Positions 21,157 to 32,947 are shown, counted from the stretch's first letter. The stretch: 64,000 bases of DNA from an uncultured Atribacterota bacterium (GCA_964404675.1 CAYOLB010000303.1:222-64221), one strand, 5' to 3'. Notes: generated by a model from the letters alone, not told the origin. A program made the numbers and translations.

Positions 21157-21881
21157 TAATCCTCCCTTACAATTGTTCCTATCGGTTCTCCTAGAATAAC
21201 TTTTTTTATGTTTCCAGGTAAATTTAGATTAAATACGATAACAGGAACATTATTCTCCATACATAATGATATAGATGTAGCATCCATTACTCTTAAATTT
21301 TTATTTAGAAAATCAAGAAAACTAATTTTCTTATATTTTAATGCATTTACATTTAAAAGTGGATCAGATTCATAAATACCATCTACTTTTGTTGCTTTTA
21401 ATATTGCATCCGCATCCAGCTCAATTGCCCTTAGTGCAGCTGCAGTGTCTGTTGTAAAGAAAGGGTGTCCGGTACCTGCTGCCAATATGATAATTCTATT
21501 TTTTTCTAAATGCCTGATTGCTCTTCTTCTAATATAAGGTTCAGCAATTGCTTTCATCTCAATAGCAGTCTGTACTCTTGTTTCAATATTGAGTTTTTCT
21601 AGAGAATCTTGTAAAGCGAGGGCATTTATAACAGTGCCTAACATTCCCATGTAATCAGCGGATACCTGGTTAATACCTTTCTTGCTTGCTTGTCTGCCAC
21701 GAAAAATATTCCCACCACCAATGACAATTGCAATTTGGATTCCCATTTTCTTTATATCGGCTAATTCTTTTGATATAAAGTTCACTCTCTCAACATTAAT
21801 TCCGCCTTTGCCTTCTAAAGAAAAAGACTCTCCACCTAATTTCAATAATATTCTTTTATAAATTGGGTTATTTTTTTGCAT
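21156..21881 (-). CDS. pyrH: UMP kinase
   Basis: 241 aa. [36 protein letters not shown]. Confidence 0.96.
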   Translation of the reverse strand: MQKNNPIYKRILLKLGGESFSLEGKGGINVERVNFISKELADIKKMGIQIAIVIGGGNIFRGRQASKKGINQVSADYMGMLGTVINALALQDSLEKLNIETRVQTAIEMKAIAEPYIRRRAIRHLEKNRIIILAAGTGHPFFTTDTAAALRAIELDADAILKATKVDGIYESDPLLNVNALKYKKISFLDFLNKNLRVMDATSISLCMENNVPVIVFNLNLPGNIKKVILGEPIGTIVRED

Positions 21882-21896
21882 TTTTTTGATAGCTTT

Positions 21897-22496
21897 TTAT
21901 TCTTGTTCTCCAAGTTGAAATCTGACAAAACGTCTAACAACAATGTTTTCTTTTAATATTGCTATTGCCTCTAAAATTAATTGGTTTACTGTTTTTTCTG
22001 TTTCTCGAATATATTCTTGTTCCAATAAGCAAATTTCTTTGAAATATTTATTAAGTTTCCCCTCAACAATACTATTAATAACCTTTTCTGGCTTATTCAT
22101 ATTTTCAACTTGTCCAAAATATACTTCTTTTTCTTTGTTTATAATCTCTTCTGGAACATCTTCTCGTTTAACATATTTTGGGCTGGATGCGGCTATTTGG
22201 AGTGTAATATTTTTTGCTAATTCATTAAATTCTGGTGTTTTGGCGACAAAATCAGTTTCACAATTTATTTCCAACAATACTCCAACTTTACCATCTAAAT
22301 GAATATATGAAGCAATTAAGCCATTGGAGGCCTTTCTGCCAAATTTGGAACTTGCCGATTGCATCCCCTTTTTCCGAAGATAATCAACTGCTTTTTCTAA
22401 ATCACCCTCAGTTTCTGTTAAAGCTTTTTTACAATCCATCATTCCCGCACCGGTCTTATCTCTAAGTTCTTTAACTAGCTTAGCACTAATGCTCAT
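21897..22496 (-). CDS. tsf: Elongation factor Ts (short form)
   Basis: 199 aa. LVKELRDKTGAGMMDCKKAL, and EINCETDFVA. Confidence 0.95.
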   Translation of the reverse strand: MSISAKLVKELRDKTGAGMMDCKKALTETEGDLEKAVDYLRKKGMQSASSKFGRKASNGLIASYIHLDGKVGVLLEINCETDFVAKTPEFNELAKNITLQIAASSPKYVKREDVPEEIINKEKEVYFGQVENMNKPEKVINSIVEGKLNKYFKEICLLEQEYIRETEKTVNQLILEAIAILKENIVVRRFVRFQLGEQE

Positions 22497-22549
22497 CTTT
22501 TCAGTCTCCTTTAAGATAACAAATATTGAATAATAAACAAATTATTTGA

Positions 22550-23284
22550 TTATACTGCAACTTTTATATTGTCTTCTTTTGCGTTACTCTCATCTTCCAA
22601 AGATTCTTTTTTACCCTCAAGTATAGCATCTGCAATAACTGAGGTCATTAACTTTATTGCCCTAATTGCATCATCATTTCCTGGAATTACATAATCGATT
22701 TCTTCAGGGTTACAATTAGTGTCAACAACAGATACAATGGGAATTGACAATTTTCTGGCTTCAGCTACTGCAATTTTCTCTCTCTTTGGGTCAATAATAA
22801 ACAAGGCATCTGGTAATTTTTCCATATATTTGATACCAGTCAATAATTTTTCAAGTTTTTCCTTTTCTCTCTTTAAAATTATAACTTCTTTTTTAGGAAG
22901 TAAATTGAAATCTTCTCCTTGTTCCATTTTTTCTAATTGAAAAAGACGTTTAACTCTTTGGTTGATTGTGCTGAAATTAGTTAAGGTCCCACCAAGCCAT
23001 CTGTAATTTATATAAGGCATTCCGCATTTTTCTGCTTCTAAACTTATTGATTCCTGGGCTTGTTTTTTTGTTCCTACAAATAAGATATTCCCATTATTTC
23101 TAGCTAGATTATGAACAAAGTTATAGGCTTCATCTATTAATTTTACAGTTTGCTGTAAATCAATAATATAAATATTATTCCTTTCCGTAAAAATATAGGG
23201 TCGCATTCTGGGATCCCACCGTCTTTTTTGATGACCAAAATGTACACCAGATTCTAATAATTGTTTCATAGATACAACGCTCAA
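22550..23284 (-). CDS. rpsB: 30S ribosomal protein S2
   Basis: 244 aa. The N-terminus [19 protein letters not shown] is nearly identical to B. subtilis S2. TTG start with AAGGAGAG 7 nt upstream. Confidence 0.97.
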   Translation of the reverse strand: MSVVSMKQLLESGVHFGHQKRRWDPRMRPYIFTERNNIYIIDLQQTVKLIDEAYNFVHNLARNNGNILFVGTKKQAQESISLEAEKCGMPYINYRWLGGTLTNFSTINQRVKRLFQLEKMEQGEDFNLLPKKEVIILKREKEKLEKLLTGIKYMEKLPDALFIIDPKREKIAVAEARKLSIPIVSVVDTNCNPEEIDYVIPGNDDAIRAIKLMTSVIADAILEGKKESLEDESNAKEDNIKVAV

Positions 23285-23374
23285 ATAACCACTCTCCTTT
23301 TTAATAAATTTTAAATAATCTTAAATATTTTAACATAGTTATATTATAAAATAAAGCAAGTTAAAAACCAAATA

Positions 23375-23403
23375 AGTATAACACAATTAATTTTGTTAAT
23401 CAA
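23375..23403 (-). promoter_or_regulatory. Promoter upstream of rpsB (TTGATT-N17-TGt-TATACT, extended -10)
   Basis: The minus strand reads TTGATT (23403-23398), a 17-nt spacer ending TGT, then TATACT (23380-23375). It lies about 90 nt upstream of the rpsB start. The same hexamer pair occurs upstream of fapR. Confidence 0.5.
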
Positions 23404-23468
23404 GATACACAAATAATTATAATTTTCAGATAAAACTTTAAATATTATATTAGAATATTTGTAAAAAA

Positions 23469-24899
23469 TTATAATATATATTTGCTTAGGTCTTCTTTTT
23501 GAACTACATTTTGCAACCTTGTTTTTACATATTTTTTAGTAATAATCACTTTTCTTTTCCCTATCCTAGGAGTATTGAATGATATTCTATCTAATAATTT
23601 TTCAAGGATTGTATAGAGTCTCCTGGCACCAATATTCTCGTTTTGGTCATTTACCATTACAGCCATTTTAGCTAATTCTTTAATCGCTTCTTCTTGGAAT
23701 TCTAATTTAATTCCTTCTGTATTTAAAAGTGCCTTATACTGTTTAATAAGCGAATTATCTGGTTCTGTTAAAATTCTTTCTAAGTCTTCTTGATCTAAAT
23801 TGTCTAATTCAACCCTTAATGGGAACCTCCCCTGTAATTCAGGGATTAAGTCTGAAGGCTTTGAAGAATTAAAGGCACCTGCAGCAATGAATAAAATATG
23901 ATCAGTTTTTACAACTCCATATTTTGTAATAACCGAAGAGCCTTCAATAATTGGTAGAATATCTCTTTGAACTCCACTTCTGGAAACATCAGGACCATAG
24001 GATTTTTCTTTCATTGCAATTTTATCTATTTCATCAATGAATACTATTCCCAGTTCCTCGGACCTATTAATTGCTTCCCTTGCTATTTTGTTTGAATCCA
24101 ACATCTTTTCAATTTCATCATCTAAAAGTACTTTTCTTGCATCAGATATTTTAATTTTTTGTCTTTTTTTCTTGCTTGGTAACATTCTATCCATAATATC
24201 TTTAAAGTTAATACCTATCCCTTCCATTCCCATATTGGAAAACAAGTCCAGGGAAGATTGATCCCTTTCTTCAATTTCAATATCTATTATTTTATCCTCA
24301 AACTGTCCCTTTTTGAGTCTTTCTCTTAGTTTTTCTTTAGTTTTCTGAATTCTTTCTCGTTGTTGACTTTGTCTTGAAAAATCATGATTAATAACCATAC
24401 TTTTATTATTTTCGGTGGTGACATCAGCATTTTTGTATTCAGAATAATCTGTTGTCTTGTCTGTTAATTCATCATTTTTAATACTTGGGAAAAGCGCTTG
24501 CAATATACGTTCTTCTACTCTTTCTCTTGCTTTTTCCCTCATTTGATCAATCTTTTCATTCCTAACAATCTGAATGGCGGCTTGCACTAAATCTCTTATC
24601 ATTGAATCAACGTCTTTACCAACATACCCTACTTCAGTAAATTTTGTTGCCTCAACTTTTATAAACGGAGCTTTTACAATTTTTGCCAATCTACGTGCTA
24701 TTTCTGTCTTCCCTACTCCTGTTGAACCAATCATTATAATGTTTTTAGGAGTAACTTCATCAATTAATTTTTTGGGTAATTTTTTCCTTCTTACTCTATT
24801 CCTTAATGCTATTGCTACGGTTTCTTTTGCCCTTTTTTGTCCAATGATATATTTATCCAATTCTGAAACAATTTCAGCTGGCATTAAATCTTTGATCAT
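23469..24899 (-). CDS. hslU: ATP-dependent protease ATPase subunit HslU
   Basis: 476 aa. EIVSELDKYIIGQ, Walker A GSTGVGKTEIARRLA, FIDEIDKI. Confidence 0.96.
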   Translation of the reverse strand: MIKDLMPAEIVSELDKYIIGQKRAKETVAIALRNRVRRKKLPKKLIDEVTPKNIIMIGSTGVGKTEIARRLAKIVKAPFIKVEATKFTEVGYVGKDVDSMIRDLVQAAIQIVRNEKIDQMREKARERVEERILQALFPSIKNDELTDKTTDYSEYKNADVTTENNKSMVINHDFSRQSQQRERIQKTKEKLRERLKKGQFEDKIIDIEIEERDQSSLDLFSNMGMEGIGINFKDIMDRMLPSKKKRQKIKISDARKVLLDDEIEKMLDSNKIAREAINRSEELGIVFIDEIDKIAMKEKSYGPDVSRSGVQRDILPIIEGSSVITKYGVVKTDHILFIAAGAFNSSKPSDLIPELQGRFPLRVELDNLDQEDLERILTEPDNSLIKQYKALLNTEGIKLEFQEEAIKELAKMAVMVNDQNENIGARRLYTILEKLLDRISFNTPRIGKRKVIITKKYVKTRLQNVVQKEDLSKYIL

Positions 24900-24911
24900 A
24901 TTTTCCCTCCA

Positions 24912-25445
24912 TTATTCTTTGAGAATTTCAACTGTAATATAATCGTTAGTATAAATACAAATAGAAGCGGTTATTTTTAGCGATTCCAGAGCAATGTCAG
25001 AAGCAGTCAATTCAGTAAATCTAAGTAAAGCCTGTGCTGATGCCAGTGCATAGGGACCACCAGAACCAATTGCAGCAATAGGTTTATCAGGTTCTATAAT
25101 GTCACCATTTCCAGATATAGTAAACATATCTTGCAAATCAGCAACAATAAGCAAGGCTTCCAATCTTCTTAACACTTTGTCAGTTCTCCAATCTTTCGCT
25201 AATTCAATTGATGCCTTTTTTAAGTTTCCTTGAAATTCTTCAAGTTTGTTTTCAAATCTCTCATACAAAGTAAGCGCATCAGCAGCTCCGCCTGCAAACC
25301 CTGTTAGTACTTTATTATGGTAAAGTTTCCTTATTTTCTTAGCTTCGTTTTTTGCAATGGTATCACCCATTGTAATTTGACCATCTCCAGCAATGGCTAT
25401 TTCATGTTCTCGCCTCACAGCAAGAATTGTTGTGCCTTTATACAT
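24912..25445 (-). CDS. hslV: ATP-dependent protease subunit HslV
   Basis: 177 aa. GTTILAVRR, GDGQIT.G, GSGGPYA. Confidence 0.95.
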   Translation of the reverse strand: MYKGTTILAVRREHEIAIAGDGQITMGDTIAKNEAKKIRKLYHNKVLTGFAGGAADALTLYERFENKLEEFQGNLKKASIELAKDWRTDKVLRRLEALLIVADLQDMFTISGNGDIIEPDKPIAAIGSGGPYALASAQALLRFTELTASDIALESLKITASICIYTNDYITVEILKE

Positions 25446-25578
25446 TGTTTCTAAGTCTCCTTCAATAATAAATATTTTTGTTCATACATTTTATAATTTC
25501 TTATGCTAATGTTTGTAGTATTTTTAAGGTATAGATAAATTATATATTTTAATATTTGTAATTATTAACATAAGATGG

Positions 25579-26505
25579 TTATTTCCTCGGTATAGATTTT
25601 TTATATGTTTTTATTAAATTATCTTTTGTTATATGAGTATATATTTGTGTAGTAGAAAGACTTTCATGTCCAAGCAATTCTTGTACAGATCTTAAATCAG
25701 CACCACCATTCAAAAGATGAGTTGCAAAAGTATGTCTAAAAACATGTGGGCTAATTTTCTTATTTATACAGGCAATCCGGATATATTTGTTAATAATCCT
25801 TCGAATACTTCTTGCAGAAATCCTTTTTCCAATATTGTTAATAAACAAAGCTTTATTTGAAATTGATTGACGGTAATTTTTTTTAGGAATTTGTCCCCTT
25901 TGTTCAATATATTTTTTAATAGCTTCTTTTACTGGCTTACTAAAGGGTACTATTCTCTCCTTAGAACCTTTTCCTAAAACCCTTATTGTATCATCTTCTA
26001 AATTTATATCTTTCAGATTTAAATCAGACAATTCTGTTACTCTCATTCCCGTTCCGTAAAGTAACTCAACAATAACTTGATCTCTTTTTGTGATGGCATT
26101 ATCTTCCTTAAAAGAATCTATTAACTTAATGATTTCTTCAAAAAACAAGAAATCTGGTAACTTTTTTTTCAATTTAGGAATTTGAACATATTCTGCTGGA
26201 TTACTATCAATTAATTCTTGTTGCACTAGATATTTAAAGAACACCCGAAAAGATGAAATTTTTCTTGCTATAGTTCTATCTGAATATTTATTTTGTTTCA
26301 AAAAAACAACATATTTTCTAATAAGTCGATAATCTATTGAAGCAAAGTTGTTTATTTTGTTATCCTTATTAAGATAAGCTAATAAAGCATTCAAATCTTT
26401 TAAATAAGCATTTACAGTATTGTAAGAAAAATTTTTTCTTTCTTCCAGATAATTACTATAATCTTCTAGTTGATTTTGCATTAATGATGTTTTATCTTTA
26501 ATCAT
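25579..26505 (-). CDS. xerC: Tyrosine recombinase XerC/CodV-type
   Basis: 308 aa. C-terminal catalytic region HVFRHTFATHLL..GADLRSVQELLGH.SLSTTQIYTH. It sits in the conserved topA-xerC-hslVU context. Confidence 0.9.
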   Translation of the reverse strand: MIKDKTSLMQNQLEDYSNYLEERKNFSYNTVNAYLKDLNALLAYLNKDNKINNFASIDYRLIRKYVVFLKQNKYSDRTIARKISSFRVFFKYLVQQELIDSNPAEYVQIPKLKKKLPDFLFFEEIIKLIDSFKEDNAITKRDQVIVELLYGTGMRVTELSDLNLKDINLEDDTIRVLGKGSKERIVPFSKPVKEAIKKYIEQRGQIPKKNYRQSISNKALFINNIGKRISARSIRRIINKYIRIACINKKISPHVFRHTFATHLLNGGADLRSVQELLGHESLSTTQIYTHITKDNLIKTYKKSIPRK

Positions 26506-28600
26506 TTTTGCTTACCTTCTTGCGATAATCACATTTCTTTGAACTACATTGGTAAAAAGTGCCTTTTCTCTTGCTATTTATTTTTACCAAAATTGAGCCA
26601 CATTTAGGACACTTTTCATTAACAGGCATATGTATTGAATAAAAATTACATTTAGGGTAATTACTGCAACCATAAAATATCCTACCCTTTTTGCTTTTAC
26701 GTCTGATGATTTCACCATTACAATCTTTCATTGGGCAAGGAACTCCAATTTTAATCATGTATGGCTTAGTTGGATGCTCCAAAGGGTTTTTTGAACATGC
26801 CAGATATTTTCCATAAGGACCATTTTTTATTTCCATTGGACTACCACAAACTGTACATTTATCATTAGTGAACTCCTTGCTTTGTTCTATTAGGTTTCTT
26901 GGTGGTTTTTGATTTAATTTTTCCATATCCTGTAATAATAGCTGATAGAAAATATCCAATATTTTTTGCCAATTATTTTCTCCTGATTCTATTTTATCTA
27001 ATTTGCTTTCCATATTAGCAGTAAATTTTACATTAATAATGTTGGAGAAATATTTCATTAAAAATTCATCAACAACAAATCCTAATTTAGTTGGTATAAA
27101 TCTTTTATTTTCTTTTACCACATAATTCCTTGTCTGAATTTTATCAATAATAACAGCATAAGTACTTGGTCTTCCAATGCCCTCTTTTTCTAATATCTTG
27201 ACAAGGCTTGCTTCGTTATATCTGGCTGGTGGTTTAGTAAATGATTGTTTTGGATCCAATTTTATTAGGGATAAACTTTCATCTATTTCAAGGGCAGGTA
27301 TTATTTTTTTCTCAATATCATTATCTTGAAATATTTTTAAATAACCTTGGAACAATATCTTTGCACCATTTAATTCAAAAACATAATCTTTAGCATTTAT
27401 TTTTACATTAATTCTTTCAAGCAAGGCAGATTTCATCTGACTCGCAATAAAATGTTTCCATATCAAATTATAAAGTTTGTTCTGATCAGACGAAAGGCTG
27501 TCTTTTATTATTTCGGGAGACAAGCTAACAGAAGTCGGCCTAATTGCCTCATGTGCATCTTGTACTTTTGAGTTGGTTTTCTTAACTGGGCTTTTACTTT
27601 TTTTCCCTGTGGAAACATATTCCTTTCCAAAATTCTTCTCTATATAATTTCTAGAACTTATTTTTGCCTCTTCAGAGATTCTATTGGAATCAGTTCTCAT
27701 ATAAGTAATTAATCCGAAAGTACCATGGCCTGGTATAGAAACACCTTCATATAATTGCTGTGCAACACGCATCGTTCGTTTTACAGAAAAATTTAGCTTA
27801 TTATATGAAACTTGTTGTAATGTACTTGTTTTGAATGGTAATGGTGGGTGTTTATATTCTTTTCTTTTTTTAATGTCAGAAACAATAAATTGATAGTTCT
27901 TTATTTCATCACAAAGAGCCTCAGCTTTATGTTGATTCTTAATTACTATTTTTTTATTTTTTTTGGATACTAACAAGGCTTCAAAGGACTTTTCTTTCTG
28001 TTGGTTACCCTTGATTAAAATAGCATTTATTTTCCAATATTCCTCTGGCTTGAATGCCTCAATTTCTTTCTCTCTTTTTACAATAAGATGTACTGCAACA
28101 GACTGCACTCTTCCAGCACTTTTACCACGAGCATATTTATAACATAATGGGCTAACCTTATATCCAACCAAACGATCAAGCAACCTTCGAGCGATTTGAG
28201 CATCAACAACATTCATGTCAATTTTTCTTGGATGTTTAACAGATTGAAGGACAACTTCTTTAGTTATTTCATTGAACACAATCCGACATTTTTGTTTTTC
28301 TAAGTTTAATTCATTTGCAATATGCCAGGCAATTGCTTCTCCTTCTCTGTCAGGATCAGTTGCCAATAATATTTCTTCTTTTCCTTCTGCAATTTGTCTT
28401 AATTTTTTAATCATTTGACGTTTAGTGGGAACAACTATCCATGTAGGCTCATAATTATTATCTATATTTATCCCTAATCTAGATTTGGGCAAATCTTTAA
28501 CATGGCCCTTACTTGAGGCAATTTGATAGCCTTCTCCCAACATTTCCTTCAGGACTCTTTCTTTTGTTGGGGATTCTACAATAATAAGATGTTCTTTCAT
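26498..28600 (-). CDS. topA: DNA topoisomerase I
   Basis: TOPRIM LIIVESPTK, DPDREGEAIAWH, active-site region ITYMRTDS, and C-terminal Cys4 zinc ribbons. The preferred start is ATG 28600 (MKEHLIIVESP). The track's TTG at 28633 adds 11 residues. Confidence 0.96.
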   Translation of the reverse strand: MKEHLIIVESPTKERVLKEMLGEGYQIASSKGHVKDLPKSRLGINIDNNYEPTWIVVPTKRQMIKKLRQIAEGKEEILLATDPDREGEAIAWHIANELNLEKQKCRIVFNEITKEVVLQSVKHPRKIDMNVVDAQIARRLLDRLVGYKVSPLCYKYARGKSAGRVQSVAVHLIVKREKEIEAFKPEEYWKINAILIKGNQQKEKSFEALLVSKKNKKIVIKNQHKAEALCDEIKNYQFIVSDIKKRKEYKHPPLPFKTSTLQQVSYNKLNFSVKRTMRVAQQLYEGVSIPGHGTFGLITYMRTDSNRISEEAKISSRNYIEKNFGKEYVSTGKKSKSPVKKTNSKVQDAHEAIRPTSVSLSPEIIKDSLSSDQNKLYNLIWKHFIASQMKSALLERINVKINAKDYVFELNGAKILFQGYLKIFQDNDIEKKIIPALEIDESLSLIKLDPKQSFTKPPARYNEASLVKILEKEGIGRPSTYAVIIDKIQTRNYVVKENKRFIPTKLGFVVDEFLMKYFSNIINVKFTANMESKLDKIESGENNWQKILDIFYQLLLQDMEKLNQKPPRNLIEQSKEFTNDKCTVCGSPMEIKNGPYGKYLACSKNPLEHPTKPYMIKIGVPCPMKDCNGEIIRRKSKKGRIFYGCSNYPKCNFYSIHMPVNEKCPKCGSILVKINSKRKGTFYQCSSKKCDYRKKVSKND

Positions 28601-28651
28601 GTTTACTTTTTCCTGTGTATAATATTTACTCAAAGAAATATTTCATTTCTT

Positions 28652-29236
28652 TTAGATAATTTTGTTCTCTTTTTTATGTATCAATCTATCTATATTAGAG
28701 CTATGCCTTATAATTGCAAATAATAAAATTACAATTATAAATATTTTGAACTGGAAAGTTGTTTTAATAAAAAAGCTCAGAATTAACATAGTAACAATAG
28801 ATATAATAGAACCAAGCGCGGCATATTTTGTAGCAAAGACAATAATAGCCCATATAATTGCCGAAATAATTGCAATTATTGGATAAAAAGCCAAGACAAC
28901 ACCATAGGTTGTAGCAATCCCTTTCCCACCTTTAAAATTTAAAAAAATAGACCAGTTGTGTCCAATAATTGCGAAAATTCCTACTAATAAAAAAAACCAC
29001 AGTTGTTCTAGCAGTAACCAATCTGCAAGTACAATCACCAAAAATCCTTTTAAGCAATCTCCAATCAATACTAATAATGCATATTTCATTCCCATTACAC
29101 GGAAGGTATTAGCTACTCCTATGTTACCACTACCGTGTTTTCTTATATCTATTCCTCTTAAATATTTTCCAACCAGATATCCAAAAGGTATAGAACCAAT
29201 TAAGTAGCTACACAATATCATAAATATTTGTGCCAT
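28652..29236 (-). CDS. plsY: Acyl-phosphate:glycerol-3-phosphate acyltransferase
   Basis: 194 aa polytopic protein. GSIPFGY, HGSGNIGVANTFR, KGGKGIAT. Confidence 0.94.
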   Translation of the reverse strand: MAQIFMILCSYLIGSIPFGYLVGKYLRGIDIRKHGSGNIGVANTFRVMGMKYALLVLIGDCLKGFLVIVLADWLLLEQLWFFLLVGIFAIIGHNWSIFLNFKGGKGIATTYGVVLAFYPIIAIISAIIWAIIVFATKYAALGSIISIVTMLILSFFIKTTFQFKIFIIVILLFAIIRHSSNIDRLIHKKENKII

Positions 29237-29250
29237 TGTATAATCACCCT

Positions 29251-30597
29251 TTAATTTCCTTTGTTTCTTTTATTATAATAAAATAAAATTGGGATACCTT
29301 TAAAATTAAAAAACTGTATAAATTTATTCTCCATATATCTTTGGTATGAATTATATATGAGTTTTATATCATTTACAAATACTTTAAATGCAGGCGGCTT
29401 TACACCTACTTGGGTTATGTAATAAAAATGGAGTCTACGCCCATTAATAACTTTTGGTGGGTGTTGATTTACAACCTTTTGCAAAAAATTATTCAGGTCA
29501 GGAGTTGATATTTTTCTGCTATATTCATCATATAAATCTATAATTAATTTTAATATCCTGGAAACATTTTTTTTTGGACCTATTGCTATGCTTGTTATTA
29601 TCTGGGTTTCTTTTAAAAATTTTAAATCATATTTACTTATTCTTATTAGTATGTTTTTAGCAGCTTCATTATTTTTAGCAAATATATCATACTTATTCAA
29701 TAAAACTATACAGGCTTTTTTCTCTTCTAGAATTTTTTCAGCAAGACGTTTATCCTGCATACTGATATGCTGATTTGCATCTAAGACTAACAATACAATA
29801 TCTGCCTTTTTGATAGATTCCATAGTTCGAATATTACCAAAATATTCTACTTTCTCTTTCACACTTCTTTTTCTACGTAATCCAGAAGTATCAATAAAAC
29901 TTAAATGATATTGGTCAAAATAAATTGATGCTTCAATAGAATCCCTGGTAGTGCCAGGAAAGTTATCAACGATAAATCTTTCTTCATTTAATAGCGCATT
30001 CAATATACTTGATTTTCCCACATTTGGTTTACCAATAATTGCAATTTTTATTATATTATAGTATTCTGTTTTATTATCCAGATCAATTTTATTATTAATA
30101 TTTGAAGTTATTTTTGCAATTTTATCCAACAATTCACCGATATTCTTACCTTGTTCGGCTGATATAAGAATAGGTTCTCCTAGACCTAACTTAAAAAAAT
30201 CTCCAATAAAATAATTTTTATTCTGTATATCGCTTTTATTGACCACTAAAATTGCTTTTTTGTCTTTCTGACGTATGAACCTGGCAATATCCATATCTTC
30301 ATCCTGAATTCCAGTTAAAATATCAAGCATGAGCAAAATAATATCAGCTTCCATTATTGCTTTTTTTGATTGCTCAATTATTTTCCCCTGCAGGGATTCA
30401 GTCTTTTTATTATAGTCTACTCCACCTGTATCAATTAAGGTAAACTGCATATTTTGCCAGTTAAAATCTGCATAATTCCTATCACGAGTTATTCCTTCCT
30501 CTCCAAGCACTATAGCTTTTCTATGCCCAATCAAGCGATTGAATAAAGTAGATTTCCCGGTATTGGTTTTTCCGATAATAGCTATTTTTACTACCAT
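29251..30597 (-). CDS. der: Ribosome-associated GTPase Der/EngA
   Basis: 448 aa with two tandem GTPase domains (GKTNTGKST and GKPNVGKSS, DTGG/DTSG, NKSD/NKYD) plus a KH-like C-terminus. Confidence 0.95.
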   Translation of the reverse strand: MVVKIAIIGKTNTGKSTLFNRLIGHRKAIVLGEEGITRDRNYADFNWQNMQFTLIDTGGVDYNKKTESLQGKIIEQSKKAIMEADIILLMLDILTGIQDEDMDIARFIRQKDKKAILVVNKSDIQNKNYFIGDFFKLGLGEPILISAEQGKNIGELLDKIAKITSNINNKIDLDNKTEYYNIIKIAIIGKPNVGKSSILNALLNEERFIVDNFPGTTRDSIEASIYFDQYHLSFIDTSGLRRKRSVKEKVEYFGNIRTMESIKKADIVLLVLDANQHISMQDKRLAEKILEEKKACIVLLNKYDIFAKNNEAAKNILIRISKYDLKFLKETQIITSIAIGPKKNVSRILKLIIDLYDEYSRKISTPDLNNFLQKVVNQHPPKVINGRRLHFYYITQVGVKPPAFKVFVNDIKLIYNSYQRYMENKFIQFFNFKGIPILFYYNKRNKGN

Positions 30598-30674
30598 AAT
30601 ATTGTCACTCTAATTTTCTAAAGATAACATCTATATTAATAAATTTAGTATATAATAGATAAGCAGGATTATAT

Positions 30675-30721
30675 AAAAAAATTACTATAGAATTAATAGA
30701 AGTATAATTCTATAGTAATTT
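30675..30721 (-). terminator. Rho-independent terminator after rpe
   Basis: Perfect 16-bp inverted repeat: aattactatagaatta (30680-30695) and taattctatagtaatt (30705-30720), 17 bp with the flanking A-T pair. Loop is 9 nt, followed on the minus strand by a U run (A-run 30675-30680 on plus). The 5' arm contains the rpe TAG stop codon. Confidence 0.8.
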
Positions 30722-31372
30722 CTTTATTTTATCGATAATACCTTCTGGATATTCTGATTTGAATATTTCAGAACCTACAACTAATATATTAGCTCCAGCA
30801 TTCTTAACATTTGAAATATTTTCAAGATTAATTCCACCATCGACCTGAATGTCGATTTCTTTTTTGTTGTCTATTACCATTTCTCTGGCGTTTTTAATCT
30901 TTGACATCATTGCCGGTATAAATTTTTGTCCACCAAAACCAGGGTTTACTGTCATAAGAAGTATATTATCCAATTTATCAAGAACATATTTTATTGAATC
31001 TAATGAAGTGGAGGGATTTAATGCCACACCTGCTTTTAGTCCAGAATCAAGAATAAGTTGCAATGTACTATCCAGATGCTTACATGCCTCAACATGTATC
31101 GTAAGGCAATCATACTTGCCCATGGATTTTGAAAAAGATTTTATGTATCTTTCAGGACCTTCAATCATTAAATGAACACTCAGAGGTATAGAAGTATTTT
31201 TACTAATTGTATCAACAATCATTGGGCCAAAAGTAATATTTGGAACAAAATTACCGTCCATTACATCAAGATGTATCAAATCTATTTTGCTTTTTTCTAA
31301 CATTATAAGCACATCTTTCAGACAAGAAAAATCAGAATTCAATATTGATGGAGCTAATATATTTTTAATCAT
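30710..31372 (-). CDS. rpe: Ribulose-phosphate 3-epimerase
   Basis: 220 aa. APSILNSDF, HLDVMDGNFVPN, NPGFGGQKF, VDGGI. Confidence 0.95.
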   Translation of the reverse strand: MIKNILAPSILNSDFSCLKDVLIMLEKSKIDLIHLDVMDGNFVPNITFGPMIVDTISKNTSIPLSVHLMIEGPERYIKSFSKSMGKYDCLTIHVEACKHLDSTLQLILDSGLKAGVALNPSTSLDSIKYVLDKLDNILLMTVNPGFGGQKFIPAMMSKIKNAREMVIDNKKEIDIQVDGGINLENISNVKNAGANILVVGSEIFKSEYPEGIIDKIKKLL

Positions 31373-31411
31373 AATAAAATCCTCTCACATTTTCATAATT
31401 TCAAGACTTTT

Positions 31412-32947
31412 TTATAAAAGATCTTCTCTATCTAAACTCCTGTATTGGATTGCTTCTGATAGGTGAGAAATGTTTATTTCTTCTGATAAAGCAAGATCCG
31501 CAATTGTCCTGGATAATTTTAATATTTTATCATAAGCCCTGGCACTTAATTTTAATTTATCCATGGCTTTATTTAAAAGTGTCCATCCTTCATTAGATAT
31601 TTTACAATGCTTTTCAATGTCTTTGCGATTCATTTGTGAATTACAATAAATTGATTGATTCTTAAAACGTGCATATTGTATTTTCCTTGCCATTTCCACT
31701 CTATTTCTTATTTTATCTGAGTTATCTTCATGTCCATTTCTATTTGTTAGTTCTCTATAATCTAACCTTGGAACTTCAATCTGTATATCAATTCTATCTA
31801 ATAATGGTCCCGATATTTTAGATCTATATTTTTTAATTTGATAAGATGTGCAGGTACATTGCTTGACAGGGTCACCAAAATATCCACAGGGACATGGATT
31901 AGCAGCTCCTATTAACATAAAATTGGCAAGATAAGTGACCGACCTTAGCGTCCTAGAGATTGTAACATTACCACTTTCTAAAGGCTGCCTGAGTGACTCT
32001 AATGCAGAACGATTAAATTCAGGTAATTCATCCAAAAATAGTACACCATTATGAGCCATGCTTATTTCTCCTGGTTTTGGTATTCGACCTCCACCAATTA
32101 GCCCAATGTTACTAATAGTATGATGTGGTGAACGAAATGGTCTTCTGGTCACAAGAGGACAATCCCTGTTTGATAGATTTGAAACACTATATAATCTAGT
32201 GATTTCTATTGATTCCTCCATGGATAAGGATGGCATTATAGTTGGTATTCTTCTAGCCAGCATTGTTTTCCCTGAACCAGGTGGCCCTATCATAATTACA
32301 TTATGGCTACCTGCAGCAGCTACTTCTAAAGCTCTTTTGGCATGATTTTGACCTTTTACATCAGAAAAATCTATTTGGTAATCATTAACATTTTTCATAA
32401 TTTTTTCTTTATCAATAATTATTGGAGGAATATCTATTTCCTGGTTTAAAAATTTAACTACTTCCCTTAAATTAGAAACAGGATAAATGCTTATTCCGTC
32501 TACAATACCTGCTTCAACAGCATTTTCTTCAGGAACAATTATATTTTTTATGCCCCTCTTTCTGGCCATTAGTGCTATAGATAATATACCATTGACTGGT
32601 CTTATTTGACCATTTAAAGAAAGCTCTCCAATCGTAATATATTTTTTATTGAGAAAATGATTTATTTGTCTATTTGCTGACAGTATACCAATAGCTATAG
32701 GCAAATCAAGAGCAGGACCTTCTTTTTTAACATTAGCAGGTGCCAAATTAACGGTTATTCTTTGCATTGGGAACTGGTATTCAGCATTTTTTATTGCAGC
32801 CCTCACCCTTTCTTTTGATTCCTGTACAGCCGTATCAGGCAGTCCAACAATATTAAAAGATGGAAGACCATTTGATACATCTATTTCTACTTCAACCAAA
32901 AATGCTTCTACCCCGAAAAGTGCAGTACTAAGTAGTTTTGAAATCAA
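31412..32947 (-). CDS. comM: Mg-chelatase-like AAA+ protein, YifB/ComM family
   Basis: 511 aa. N-terminal Lon-like domain, Walker [23 protein letters not shown], and a CPCGY zinc motif. Confidence 0.9.
   Translation of the reverse strand: MISKLLSTALFGVEAFLVEVEIDVSNGLPSFNIVGLPDTAVQESKERVRAAIKNAEYQFPMQRITVNLAPANVKKEGPALDLPIAIGILSANRQINHFLNKKYITIGELSLNGQIRPVNGILSIALMARKRGIKNIIVPEENAVEAGIVDGISIYPVSNLREVVKFLNQEIDIPPIIIDKEKIMKNVNDYQIDFSDVKGQNHAKRALEVAAAGSHNVIMIGPPGSGKTMLARRIPTIMPSLSMEESIEITRLYSVSNLSNRDCPLVTRRPFRSPHHTISNIGLIGGGRIPKPGEISMAHNGVLFLDELPEFNRSALESLRQPLESGNVTISRTLRSVTYLANFMLIGAANPCPCGYFGDPVKQCTCTSYQIKKYRSKISGPLLDRIDIQIEVPRLDYRELTNRNGHEDNSDKIRNRVEMARKIQYARFKNQSIYCNSQMNRKDIEKHCKISNEGWTLLNKAMDKLKLSARAYDKILKLSRTIADLALSEEINISHLSEAIQYRSLDREDLL

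Noticed and set aside
25579-26505. Tyrosine recombinase as a possible marker of an integrated mobile element
   Set aside because: It sits in the conserved chromosomal topA-xerC(codV)-hslV-hslU arrangement and overlaps topA by 8 nt. There are no flanking repeats or cargo genes. It is a chromosome-dimer resolvase.
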